The translations under genes and the position numbers were made by a program. The notes beneath the pieces were generated by a model. It made no database searches. It was given only the letters and a program-made list of their open reading frames with translations, and was not told the DNA's origin. From the human T2T-CHM13v2.0 reference genome, Homo sapiens, in NCBI RefSeq assembly GCF_009914755.1, contig NC_060927.1: a stretch of DNA of 64,000 nucleotides. One strand, 5' to 3'. Positions 33,796 through 47,604 of this stretch are shown one piece after another. Position 1 is the first letter of the stretch. Each line of letters begins with the position of its first letter.

Positions 33796-36291
33796 ATTAC
33801 AAGGAAAGAAATTACAGCAGATAAACAAAAAAGAGAAAGTAAACAAAGCTTAGCACCAAAGAAAACCACAAACCACACAGATAAATAAAAAGAGAGGAGC
33901 AAAGAATCTACAAAACAACAATTAACAAAAACTTGACATTGGATCCACATCTGTATTCTCCTGGAAACTTAGGTCTCCAATCAGATTCAATCCAAAAAGA
34001 TCCTCTCTGAGGCACATCATAATCAAACTGTTTATAAACAGTTTTAGAAAAAATGTTTTCTAATCTAGAAAACAATTAACAAAAGGACAGGAGTAGGTCC
34101 TTATTTATCAACAAAAACCTTGAATGTAAATGAATTATTCAATTAAAAGATATAAAGTGACTGGATAAATATTAAAAAAACATACCCAACTATATAGTGG
34201 CTACAGGAGACCCACCTCACCATTAAAGACTAACAAAGACTAAAAGTAAAGGAATGGAGAAGGGTATTTCATGTAAATAGAAACCAAAAGCAAGCAGGAG
34301 TAGCTACTTACATCTGACAAAACAGGCTACAAATTAAAAACTATGAACAAAGATAAAGAAGGTCACTAAATAATGATAAAGGAGTCAATTCAGTAAGAAG
34401 ACATAGCAACTATAAATATCTATGCACCCAACACCAAAGCTCCCAGGTATATAAGGCAAGCATTAATAGATTTAAAGGGGAAGACAGACTGCAATACAAC
34501 AATAGTGGGGGACTTCAACACCCCACTTCAATGGACAGATCATCTAGAGAGAAAATCAAGAAAGAAGTATCAGACTTGAACTTTTCCATAGACCAAATGG
34601 ACCAAATGGACCATAGATCAAAGGGACCATAGACTCAATGGACCTAAGAGACATTCTATCCAACATCTGCAGAATACACATTCTTCTCAACTGCAGATGG
34701 AATATTACCCAGGATAGAACATATGTTAAAGCACAAAATAAATCTGAACAAATATAAGAACACTGAAATCGTATCAAGTATTTTTCTGACCACAATGGAA
34801 TAAAAATAGAAATCAAGAATAAACAAATTTCAAAAACTTTACAAATACATGAGAATTAAACAACATGCTCCTAAACAACCAGTGGGTCAATATGTAAATT
34901 AAAAGTGGAAGTTAAAACATTATACCGAAACCTATGGGACACAGCAAAAGCAGTTCTAAGAGCGAAGTTGATAGCAATAAAACACCTACATCAAAAAAGA
35001 AGAAAGATTTCTAATGAACAACCTAACAGTGCATCTCAAGGAATTAGAAAAAAAGAAAACAAAAACAAATACAAAATTCATGGAAAGGAAGAAATAATAA
35101 AGCTCAGAGCAGAAATAAATGAATTAGAGACTAAAAGAATTCATAAGATTGATGAAACAAGTTTTTTCTTGAAAAAATAAACAAAACTGGCAAACCCTTA
35201 GCTAAACCAACTAAGAACAAAAGAGAAAAGACAAATAAAATCAGATATTAAAAAGTAGACATTACAACTGATAGCACATAAATACAAAGGACCATAAAAG
35301 ACTATTACAAAAACTATACTCCAACAAATTTGATAACATACAAGAAATGGATAAATTCTTGGGCACATAGAACCTACCAAGATTAAATTATAAAATAATA
35401 GAAAATCTGAACAGACCAATAATGAATGAGGAAATTGAGTCAGTAATAAAAAGTCTTCCATCAAAGAAAAGCCCAGGATATGATGACTTCACTGCTTAAT
35501 TCTACCAAACATTTAAAGAACTAGTAACAATTTTCATCAAACTATTCCAGAAAAATCAAAGAGGAAGAAATACTTCCAAACTTACATTATGAGGAGAACA
35601 TTACCCTGACTCTCAAACCAGACAATGACACAGCCAAAAAAGAAAACTACAAGACAATATTACTGATAAACATAGACAAAAAAATTTTCAACAAGATAAT
35701 AGCAAACTGAATTCAACCACACATTAAAAAGATCATTCACTATAATCAGGTGGCATTCAATATCAAGAACACAAACATGGTTTAATAAATGCAAATCAAT
35801 AAATGTTATATATTGCATTAACAGAAAAAAATAAAAAACCATATGATCATTTCAATAGATGCAGAAAATGTCTTTGATAAAATTCAGCAGCTCTTCATGA
35901 TATAAAAAACACAACTCTTGACAAATTTGGTGCAGAAGATATACATCCCAACACAATAAAGGCCATATATGGCATACCCATAGCTAACATCATACTGAAC
36001 CAGGAAAAGCTAAAAAGTTTGTTCTCTAAGAACAGGAGCAAGACAAGAATGCCCACTTTCACCATGTCTATTCGATATAGAACTGGATGTTCTAGCCTGA
36101 GCAATCAGACATGAGAAAGAAATAAAAGATATTCAATTGAACAGAAGGAAGTCAAATTGTCCCTGTTCGCAGACATGATCTTATAAATAGAAAACCACAA
36201 AGACTTCACCAAAAAACTGTTAGAGCTAAAAAATGAATTTAGTAAAGTTGCAGTTTAAAAAAATCAACATACAAAAATCAGTAGCATTTCG

Positions 36292-36717
<426 letters not shown>

Positions 36718-37502
36718 CTACAAAACTTTGATGAAAAAATTGAAAGTACAAAAACATATGACAACATTCATGGTTTGGAAGAATTAATATTCTTAAAATA
36801 ACCATACTACCCAAAGTGATCTGCAGATTTAATGCATTCTCTATCAAAATATCAATGACATTCTTCACAGAAATAAAAAAAGCAATCCTAAAATTCATGT
36901 GGAATCACAAAAGATCACGAACAGCCGAAGCAATCTTGAGCAAAAAGAACAAAGCTGGACGCATCACACTACCTAATTTATAAATATAGGAACCAAAACT
37001 GTAGGGTCCTAGCATAAAAACAGACATAGACCAATGGAGCAGAATAGAGAGCCCAGGAAAAAAATTGTGCACCTACGGACAACTGGTTTTCAATAAATGT
37101 GTGAGAACACACATTGGGAAAAAAGTCTCTTTAATAAATGGTGCTGGGAAAATTGGATATCTACATGCAAAAAATGAGACTAGACCCCTACCTCTCACCA
37201 TATACAAAAGTCAACTCGAAATGGATAGAAAGGCTTAAACATAAAACCCAAAACTATGGAACTACTAGACAAAAACATAGAGGAAGTGCCTTATAAAAAA
37301 AGATTTTAAATAAAACCTAAAAAGCACAGGTGACACAAGCAAAAACAAATAATTAGGATTAAAGCAAACGGAAAAGATTTTACACCGCAAAAGAAACAAT
37401 TAACAGAGTGAAGAGTCAATCTCTACAAAGGGAAAAAAAAATTGCAAATTATACATCTCACAAGTTGTTAATATCCAGAATATATAAGCAACTTAACAGG
37501 AA

Positions 37503-37545
<43 letters not shown>

Positions 37546-37548
37546 CAC
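37503..37548. repeat. (CA)n microsatellite
   Basis: Read directly; one interruption. Confidence 0.95.
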
Positions 37549-39008
37549 GACATAGTTTAAAAGTGGACAAAAGACGTTACTAGATATTTCTCAAAAGAAG
37601 ACATACAAATGGCTAACAGGCATATGAAAAATTGCTCAGCATCACTAATCATCAGGGAAATTCGCATTAAAACCACAATGAGATAACCACTTCACTCCAG
37701 TTAGAATAGCTATTTTAAAAAAGACAAAAAAAAGTGTTGGCAATGATCTGGAGAAAAGGAAACACTTTTACACACTGCTTGTGGAACTGTAAATTAGTAC
37801 AGCAACTATGGAAAACAGTATGGAGCTTTCTCAAAAAAATTAAAAATAGAACTACCATATTATCCAGTAATTTCACTACTGGTTTCACTACATATCCAAA
37901 GGAAATGAAATCATGTCAAAAATATATCTGTACTCCCATGTTTATTGCAGCACTATTTACAGTAGCCAAGATAAGGAATCAACCTAACTATACAACAATA
38001 AATGAAATAAAGAAATGAAAAAAATTTGGTATATATACACATTGGAATACTATTTAGCCATAAAAAGAATGAAATTCTGTCATTTTTTTGACTACATGGA
38101 TGAACCTGGAGGACATCATGTTAAGTGAAATATGCTAGGCATAGAAAAGCAAATACTGCATGGTCTCACTCATATGTGGAATCTGGAAAAAAAAAAGTTG
38201 ATATCATAGATGCAGGAAGTAGAACAGTGGTTACCAGAGACTGAGGAGGAAAGGGGGAAGAGAAAGATGACAAGAGGGTACAAAGTCACAATGAGAAGGA
38301 ATAAGTTCTAGTGTTCTATTGCACAGTAGGGAGACTATGGCTAACCATAAGGTATTGTATATTACAAAACAGCTAGAAGAAAAGCTTTTGAATGTTCTCA
38401 CCACAAAGAAATAATAAATATATGAGGTGATAGACATGCTAACTACTTGGGTTTTTTCATTATATAACATACATATGTATATAAACATTAATTGTATCCC
38501 ATAAATATGTACAATTACAATGGCAGTCTTAAAATTATACATAAAATTATATTACATACTCACTGTTACAGTGTCTCTCAATAAACTCACATATATTCAT
38601 AATATTAAATTTCTACATTCCTAAAACATTTTTTATGGCTAATACTTTAGTTTGGATGATCAGAGCCAAAGAAATAAATATGTGAGTCATTTCTAAATGG
38701 AGAGTTATACTGCAGAGATAAAACCTTTCACAATTCATGGATTCTTTTAATAGCAGTAACAGAGAACAGCACATTTTTACCTATTCAATAGATTAACATT
38801 TAAATCCTGGTCCTTACTCCACAGAATTGTGCAAATAGATAAGGGGGGGGGTGTCTAAAACAATTATGTAAGATAGTCAAGATAGCATAATAGAATGTGC
38901 ATTTGAAATGCCTGGATTAGAATATAGGCGATTGAATTAAAACATGGCACTTCTCAACAACCTAAAAACTAAAAATTTCAGGTTTCTGTGAGACAAGATG
39001 TCATCTTA

Positions 39009-39370
<362 letters not shown>

Positions 39371-40143
39371 TAATTTCATCACACACATGACATCATAATA
39401 ACCATCTCTGTGATCCCGTCTGTCATTTGACTATTTTATAAACAGAAAGTTTATTTTATTACTATAATTTTGCAAAGCCCTTTTTTGACAGCATATTAAC
39501 TTATCCTAATAATACTCTATTCAATGAGTAAATCCTCATATATAGATCAGTAATCACACACACACACATTTTATGATCTACCCAGAGCAGTTTATAATTT
39601 TATTATAAAGTTTCATTTGAGGAGTCATGTAACTATGTTATATTCAAATCTGTGTTATGAGTCATGTGGTAACAAAGGTCTTCCCTAATTATATTTCTAA
39701 TTAAAGTTTCCCTATAAGTCCTTTTCTCCAACTCATTGATCATTTTTGTGATATTTGAACCATTTCAACATTCCTACGTGTTAGATGAATTCAACAGTCT
39801 AATAATGTTTTGAATATTTGTTTATTTTTTTTGAAAAATACTGAAAAATCTCTGGTTTTATTTTTCCTTTATTACTCCTTTCCTGCTTGCATTTGATATC
39901 CTTTTGTTAGACTGTCCATTGGTTTCTATACTAAATTATAAATGCTTGCCTTACTTCATGGGTTCTACATCTTTTACTGTATCTTGAAACCTATTTTTTA
40001 AATTCTGGAAACAATAGACATTAACATTGCACTTAAGCTATCGACTATAAAGCTGTTACTGGTTTAACTCAAATTACCCTATGTGGAGAATTCATGTCCC
40101 AACACACAATTGTTGAATCTTTATATGTAGAATGACATATCAA

Positions 40144-40273
40144 ATATACTATGTTTAAGACAGTTAATCACCCCTTGCTCATGAGGAAAACAGAAATGTT
40201 TTGTTAGCATATACTATGCTTAAGACAGTTAATTGCCCCTTGCTTGTGAGGAAAACAGAAATATTTTGTTAGC
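40144..40273. repeat. 65-bp tandem duplication (2 copies)
   Basis: atatactatg(t/c)ttaagacagttaat...gaggaaaacagaaat(g/a)ttttgttagc at 40144-40208 and 40209-40273. Confidence 0.95.
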
Positions 40274-40697
40274 AGGTGTTACTTATTGAGTAGCTGGACT
40301 GCCTCAGTAAAAGTCCAAGAACAGTAATTTGGAGGGAGCAAATACAGTGACATAGAAAGAAATTCTACTTTCCAAGAAATCCTAAGTGCTTTTAAACCAT
40401 GCTCTTCTTCTTGAGACACTGAAAGCACCTGGCCCTTCCATCTTTCATCCCATATTCCTTTTCAGGGTCTAGGACTTATTTAGGGAAATACATCAGCTTT
40501 TTTGTCACTTGCTTCTTAAGACTTCTTTGTGCTTCCCATACTAGTGGATCCTTTCTGCCTTGTTAATTGCCTCAGACTAATCAAGTAAACTAAACTCTCA
40601 TTCTCTCAATGAACAATAGGTAAGCATTAACTGAAATCTCATAAATATCTGTATTTAATCTTTCTATGAAAACAGACATGTAGCCTCTGTTTCTCAC

Positions 40698-41451
40698 TGA
40701 GAGGTGAAGCCGGCTGGGCTTCTGGGTTGGGTGGAGACTTGGAGAGCTTTTCTGTCTAGCTAAAGGATTGTAAACACACCAACAAGCGCTCTGTGTCTAG
40801 TTAAAGGTTTGTAAATGCACCAGTCAGTACTCTATAAAAATGCACCAATCAGCACTCTGTGTCTAGCTGAAGGTTTGTAAATGCACCAATCAGCACTCTG
40901 TGAAAACCGATCAATCAGCACTCTGTAAAACGGAGCAATCAGCACTCTGTAAAATGGACCAATCAGCAGGATGCGGGTGGGGCCAATAAGGGAATAAAAG
41001 CTGGCCACCTGAGCCAGCAGCAGCAACCAGCTGGGGTCGCATTCCACACTTTGGAAGCTTTGTTCTTTCGCTCTTCACAATAAATCTTGCTGCTGCTCAC
41101 TCTTTGGGTCTGCACTACCTTTATGAGCTGTAACACTCACTGCGAAGGTCTGCGGCTTCACTCCTGAAGTCAGCGAGACCACAAACCCACCAGGAGGAAC
41201 AAACAACTCCTGACGCACCACCTTTAAGAGCTGTAACACTCTCTGCAAAGGTCTGCGGCTTCACTCCTGAAGTCAAGCGAGACCACGAACCCACCGGAAG
41301 GAAGAAACTCCAGAAATAGCTGAACATCTGGAGGAACAAACTCTGGACACACCATCTTTAAGAACTGTAACACTCCCTGCGAGGGTCCACGGTTTCATTC
41401 TCGAAGTCAGCGAGACCAAGAACCCACCAGAAGGAACCAATTCCGAACACA
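40698..41451 (+). mobile_element. LTR12 (ERV9/HERV9) solo LTR
   Basis: tgagaggtgaagccggctggg start, tandem ccaatcagcactctgt repeats, U5 repeats (ctgcggcttcactcctgaagtcagcgagacc), end ccaattccgaacaca; 4-bp TSD tcac/ccac with one mismatch. Confidence 0.95.
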
Positions 41452-43027
41452 CCACCACTAAGCCTCAGTGCCAAACACAGCATCTGACTGTGTGATGTCC
41501 ACACAGGTTTGTTAAACACTTCACGTGGTGATAATATTTACATGTAAAAGAGTCTCCTAGAGTTTTAAAAATATGAGTTCTTTTGACTCATATATACGTA
41601 AGACATATTATTTTTCCTTGTAATAAAACAAGATGTTCTTATTAATAAGGTTCTCTACATTCTCATTTATAAAATCTCTCCTACCTTTCCCTTGGCAATA
41701 TGATTTTATGAACAGCTAGAAAGGTCTTTCTGTTTTTTTCACATCTGCTCACTGATTCAAACACCAAGTTTCCGTTTTCTCATCAACAAAGTGGTCAATA
41801 AATAAGAAACAACCTCTTCCTCATAGTATAGTTAAGAGGATTAAATGCAGCAAATTACTCAAGAGTAGATTCACTCAAAAATGCCTGCCAGATATTCCCA
41901 ATGCTCAATAAATATCAATTGCCTTTTTCTCTTTCTCTTTTTGTTGCTGCAAAACAAAATATCATCTGCAACTATTTGATTAAGAAAAGATGAGACTCAC
42001 CATTTACATAAAGCCTTTTTCTACCTTAGAAAGTAAGCAAACTTACAGAGCAGTGCTAAACACAAATGCCAGTTGTATAGGTGACAGAGCTGAAGTAAGT
42101 TCACTAAATCATGAGAGAATACAAAGTTTAATAAAGAGGAGTTTAATTGGAAACTGTAGTACCTCCATCTGCTCCAACATCTTTTATTGGATCCTGATTA
42201 TTATTACCCATGGCAGATAAGCTTTAGACCACTCTGAATAAGGTGAAGTGTGACACTAATTGTTACATTTGAACTTTTACCAGATTAGAAATTGTGCAGC
42301 TAAGCACACACCATATAATAAATTTCAGGTCCCTTTTTTCTGTTTTCAGGAGATTACTAGGATGTTTTGATGTATTATTTAGAAATCAATTTTGCACAGG
42401 ATAATATGTTCCCTAAGACTTTGTGTCAGGTGAAAGAAAGGAACACAGCCACACCAGTCTAGTGCAAAGGAAGATGTAGTTAGCATCCACCTTCCTAAAC
42501 GCAGGGCCAGCCCAATCTGCAGGTCAATTACAGAACCAAAAATATTGTCTTTGTTTAGGAAAAGTACCTCTTTACATGAAAAAAAATCTCTGTGTTTGGA
42601 AGAACTGATCCAATTCAGAGGAAGGAGAAAATGAACCAACACTTAGAATATAACAGGCTAGGCACAAAACTCTACTAATAGGAACTGTTATTCATATTTA
42701 ACAGAAAAATGAGCTCATGGAAGTTAAATGGAAGTCGCACAGCTAGCAAGTAAATAAACAAGGATTCAAACTTAGCAGGGTGTTTTTTCTGCCTTTCAAA
42801 CACGCTTGATTCTACTCCTCCTTCCTGTTTCATAAGCAAAAGACTCAGAGGATTGTTGCTAGGATCAAATTAATAATGTATTAAGTAAAAGAAATGTGCT
42901 TTAAAACCTGAAGGATGGAGGTGTCTGGTAAACACATAGGCACACCCTGACCCAGTTTTTCCACAGTAAAATGGAATGTTGCAAAAATAAAATTGGATGA
43001 AATTCTATGAACCCTTTAGAAAGTTAA

Positions 43028-43355
<328 letters not shown>

Positions 43356-43654
43356 ACTGTAATGTATTTTAATTGCATTTATGTTATTTACAGTAAAGAA
43401 TCAGAAAGCCATGTGCCTTGAGACCCTTCTTTCTTCCCTGACTTTTCCTCCTCACTTCTCTTTCACCTCTCTCCAATCACATATTCCCATATGTGAAGAC
43501 AGCTAAGTCCTTAAAACAAATTTTCAAGAAAATAAAAATAGAGGGTGAAGAGGAGAATGTATAAAAGCTTCACGGAGGAAGGAAATTGTATTCATAGCTA
43601 AGGGCAGCATTCTCAGAATTCTTTCAGAATTATAAAATACCCTTATTTATTTGA

Positions 43655-43750
43655 TTTATAAGCTCCTTAAGGGCAGAGATGGTATCTTAAGGTTCTTTGT
43701 ACTCCCAGCAAGTAGCACAGAAAAAAAACCTTAATAAATGTTTACTGTTG
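43655..43750 (+). mobile_element. L2 3'-end fragment
   Basis: tataagctccttaagggcagagat...gtactcccagca...agcacag...ttaataaatgttt. Confidence 0.6.
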
Positions 43751-43847
43751 ATAGACAATACATACACGGAGAGAGAGAGAAAGAGAGGGGAATTATGATT
43801 AATTTATAGTGAATTCTTTCACTGCAAGAATTTTACTGCACCCCTCT

Positions 43848-44219
43848 TGTATTAGTCTGTTCTCATGCTGCTAATAAGAACATACCTGAGACTGGGTAAC
43901 GTATAAAGGAAAGAGGTTGACTCACAGTTCAGTGAGGCTGGGAGGCCTCAGGAAACTTACAATTATGGCAAAAGGGGAAGCAAACATGTCCTTCTTCACA
44001 TGGCAGCAGGAAGGAAAAGTGCCAAGCAAGGGGGGAAAAGCCCCTTAAAAAAACATCAGGTCTCGTGAGGACTCACTCACTATCACAAGAAGAGCAGCAT
44101 GGGGGTAACCATCCCCACAATTCAATTACCTCCCACTGTGTCCCTCCCACAACAGGTGGGGATTATGGGAACTACAATTCAAGATAAAATTTGGGTGGGG
44201 ACGTGGCCAAACCACATCA
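43848..44219 (-). mobile_element. THE1C-like solo LTR
   Basis: Complete antisense THE1 LTR; perfect 5-bp TSD cctct. Confidence 0.93.
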
Positions 44220-45759
44220 CCTCTTGAGATTACTGAAACAACTATGATGAGTTTCAAATGCAGATTAGAAGTTTCATATTTTAACAGGGGAAGAAAAAGA
44301 ATTAAAAATTCAAATTAAGTGGCCACTAGTTAGGGAGAAACAAGAAAATTATGATGTAAACAAAGGCAAGGGAAAAATTGTTTTAGGAAGAAAAAGGATA
44401 GCATCATTTCTACAGCGAGGTCAAATATAATATGTAAGGAGGTGTCCAAAGGATTAAGCAACAAGGAGCACATTGATAAACTCATCAGAAGAAGTAAATT
44501 GATTCAGTCTTCTAATATGACTATAGTTTTGTTTATTGAAAGAACATCTAAAATGTCTAAATTATCTCATGCTGATTTACATGAAAAACCAATTGCCCAT
44601 AATAAATGCATTCATCCATTTGTACAAATTGAGCACTTGCCATCACTGTGCTGGACAGTGGGGATAAAGAATAGATAAATATTGTGAATGTTTAGGCCAC
44701 CATTCATCTACTTTACCATTTTTCTCAAACTTTGGTTTGCATCAACATCAACTTGAGAGACTTTTGGAAAATACATTTGGAAACCACATAATTTTCATTT
44801 GGATTTAGCCCAAAACTGAGTGAATTTGAATCATCCACTATAGGACCAAAGTATCTATATTTTTATAAACTTCAAATGTAATTTTAATTCACATCGATGT
44901 TTTAAACCCTAACATATTATTTCTCTAATAGCCATATTGTAAAGGTAAATCTGTGGTTTCCATTTCTATTTCAGAAAGACAGAAAACTCAGATAACCTAA
45001 AAATGTTCAAGCTCTAACACCAAGAAATGCTGGGTAGAATATAATACCTTTTTGCTTCTGGTTAAAATGTAAAAGATGAAAAAAACCTTGGTTCTTGTGG
45101 TAACAATGAGAAAAACCTAGACCAAAGAAAAGTTATAATTTTAATGTGACTAAGGAAGATTAGATGCTTCAAAGAAGCCTTGATAAACGCATTCGTACAT
45201 ACTGAATTCTTCCATACCTTGGTACAGGTATCTGGTTTAGCTATGGCAAATTAAAGTGAGAGGTGCTAAAGATGGAAAGACTTTTTGGAAAATAAGAGAG
45301 GTCAGAATTACCTTGAATGATCATGTGACTGAACTGGAGTATAAAAAACGTCCAAGCATGAAACAAATTGCTGGTCGGATAATTCTCTCCACCAACAGTA
45401 CCCTCAAATTTTGCTAAAAGAGCTGCAGTAAAGGAAGATCTGAAAACACGATCCTGTGCGTTCTCAAAATGACTGGATTTTTGAGTCCTAAAGTTGATGA
45501 ATCCGAAGAATAACCAATGTATTGGAAAGTGCAGCCAACTCACTCCAGACTCAAATATTTACAAGCTAAAAGGGGGTTGAATTCAATATAATTATAGCTG
45601 TTGCCCAGCCTTATCTCAACACAATATGCTAAGGACAATAAATGATAAGGACCTCATTCTAATCATATAACCTAGGAAAGGGATTTTATTCTCTGGACTT
45701 CAGAACAACCAATATGTTACTTCAATCTCAACTTTTGAATGAATGATATTTGGCATAAA

Positions 45760-46210
45760 AATTTTAAAAAGTGAAAGGTAGAAAATTTAAATTGAAGTAT
45801 CAAAGATCTACTGATACAAGTAGAAAACAAATAGTAAGATGATAGACTTGTACCAAAATCATACCATAACTATGTTAAAAGCTACTGGGAAAAAATTCCA
45901 AAACTAAATACTGTTTATATGAGACATGCTTAAAATGTCTCCTGTGAACAGTATTCAGTTTTACATATTTAGCTTTATAGATACTAATAGGTTAAAAATA
46001 AGGGAAAAGATACTAAGGCAAACAATAGTTATTAGAAAACTAAAGTAGCTAGCTATATCAATATACAAAATAGATATCAAGACAAAAAGTGCTACAAAAA
46101 ATTACTCATTTCATGGTGACAAAAAGTTAATTTATCAAAAAAAACACAATACTAAAGAGGTATACACCTAATAACACAACTTCAAAACATATGAAGCATT
46201 AATTGACAGT
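45760..46210 (+). mobile_element. Ancient L1M ORF2 endonuclease-region remnant
   Basis: A-rich degenerate motifs (ggaaaagatactaaggcaaac, aaagtagct...atatcaatat...aaaatagatatcaagacaaaaag); a further ORF2 remnant follows at ~47620-47780. Confidence 0.55.
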
Positions 46211-46211
46211 A

Positions 46212-46760
46212 AGGGGCCATACTCTTGCCAGTGGACAAAGAAAGGGTTCAACTGAACTACAAGTTGTAGCTTCTGCTAGACATTTTGGATTCCTTCTCTC
46301 CAAATGTATATTTTGTATAGTTCCGTATTATTAGTAATCATTTCAGTCATTGTTCACAGTTAAATACCCTGCGCAATATGGTAACTTCTCTTCTTGCCTG
46401 CCCAGGGTAATTAACTGTGAACAATAGGGGAGGTAGAGGTGGTTTGCATAATAGGGACAGGACAAATATATGTGGAACCCAGGCGATCTTCTTGGATGCC
46501 AACTGATACTCCTTTGCCCCACTGTAGCTGTAAATATACATTTGGAGAAGCCCTGGACTGAAAATGATTGCCAAAGTTTCAGACCACTCTGAAAGGAAGA
46601 TTCGAGTTACACCAGTTAGTAAACTACTGAGATCTAACAGTGTGATAGCTGAATTTGAAATGGAGAATGGAAACTAAAAAGAGAAATATCAGGTTTAGCC
46701 CCAATATCAACGGCAGATATTGGGGCTGTAGTTTGTTTCTCTAATATCCTTCTTCCAAAT
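46212..46760 (+). mobile_element. ERVL-class (HERV16/ERV3-16A3-like) internal remnant, dUTPase-adjacent region
   Basis: Motifs gggtaattaac, atatgtggaacccaggcgatc, tactcctttgcccc, gtgatagctga and ggggctgtagtttgt resemble the recalled ERVL 3' internal sequence. Confidence 0.55.
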
Positions 46761-46820
46761 TTCACCTTAAAAATATTAAAGTTATGAATAAGCTAATCCC
46801 CGAATTTGTGTGCAGAAGTA

Positions 46821-46866
46821 TTAGTTTGGTGCAAAAGTACTTGCAGTTTTTGCTATTAAAAGTAAT
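46821..46866. mobile_element. Half MADE1 (Hsmar1 MITE)
   Basis: ta|ttagtttggtgcaaaagtacttgcagtttttgctattaaaagtaat is one TIR plus the spacer; the second arm is missing. Confidence 0.8.
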
Positions 46867-46870
46867 AAAA

Positions 46871-47072
46871 GTGCCCTCATAGAGTTCTCTTGTTCCTTTC
46901 TGCCATGTGAGAAATTAAATAGAAGTTGGGTTCTGGAAGAGGGCTCTTACCATAACCCAGCCATGCTGACACCCTGATCTCGGACTTCCAGACTCCAGAA
47001 TTGTGGGAAATAAACCTGTGTTGTTTATAAGCCACACAATCTATTGCCATTCATTATAGCAGCATTAAGACA
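46871..47072 (+). mobile_element. MLT1A-like LTR, 3' half
   Basis: gccatgtgag...ccatgctgacaccctgatctcggacttccagactccagaattgtgggaaataaac...ttatagcagcattaagaca. Confidence 0.8.
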
Positions 47073-47220
47073 GAAGGTGTAAAGAAATACGAGTGGCTGC
47101 AAAAAGTTGTTTTGTTTTTATTCATGAGGTTTGGTGCAGCTAAAAGTTTTCTATTCTATATTACCTAAAGTTCTCAATTATCTACTTTCCACTTTTCTCT
47201 GAGAAATAAAAGTTAGTATC

Positions 47221-47604
47221 TGATATGTTTAGGCTTTGTGTTCCCACCCAAATCTCATCTTGAATTATAATTCCCATAATCCCCAGAATCCCCACATGTC
47301 AAGGGAGAGACCATGTGGAGGTAATTGCATCATGGGGCGGTTTCCTCCATGCTGTTCTCATGATAGTGAGTGAATTCTCACGAGAGCTCACAGTTTTATA
47401 AGGGGCTCTTCCCACTTCGCTCAGCACTTCTCCTTACTGCCACCTTGTGAAGGTGCCTTGCTTCCCCTTCACCTTCTACCATGATTGTAAGTTTCCAAAG
47501 GCCTCCTCAGCCATGCTGAACTGTGAGTCAATTAAACCTCTTTCCTTTATAAATTACCCAGTCTTGTGCAGTTCTTTATAGCAGTATACAAATGGACTAA
47601 TAGA
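47221..47604 (+). mobile_element. THE1D-like solo LTR
   Basis: tgatatgtttaggctttgtgttcccacccaaatctcatcttgaatt...ggactaataga; TSD gtatc/atatc. Confidence 0.92.

Noticed and set aside
40780-41440. Regularly spaced repeats resembling a CRISPR-like array
   Set aside because: These are the normal U3 and U5 tandem repeats of LTR12, with no unique spacers, in eukaryotic DNA.
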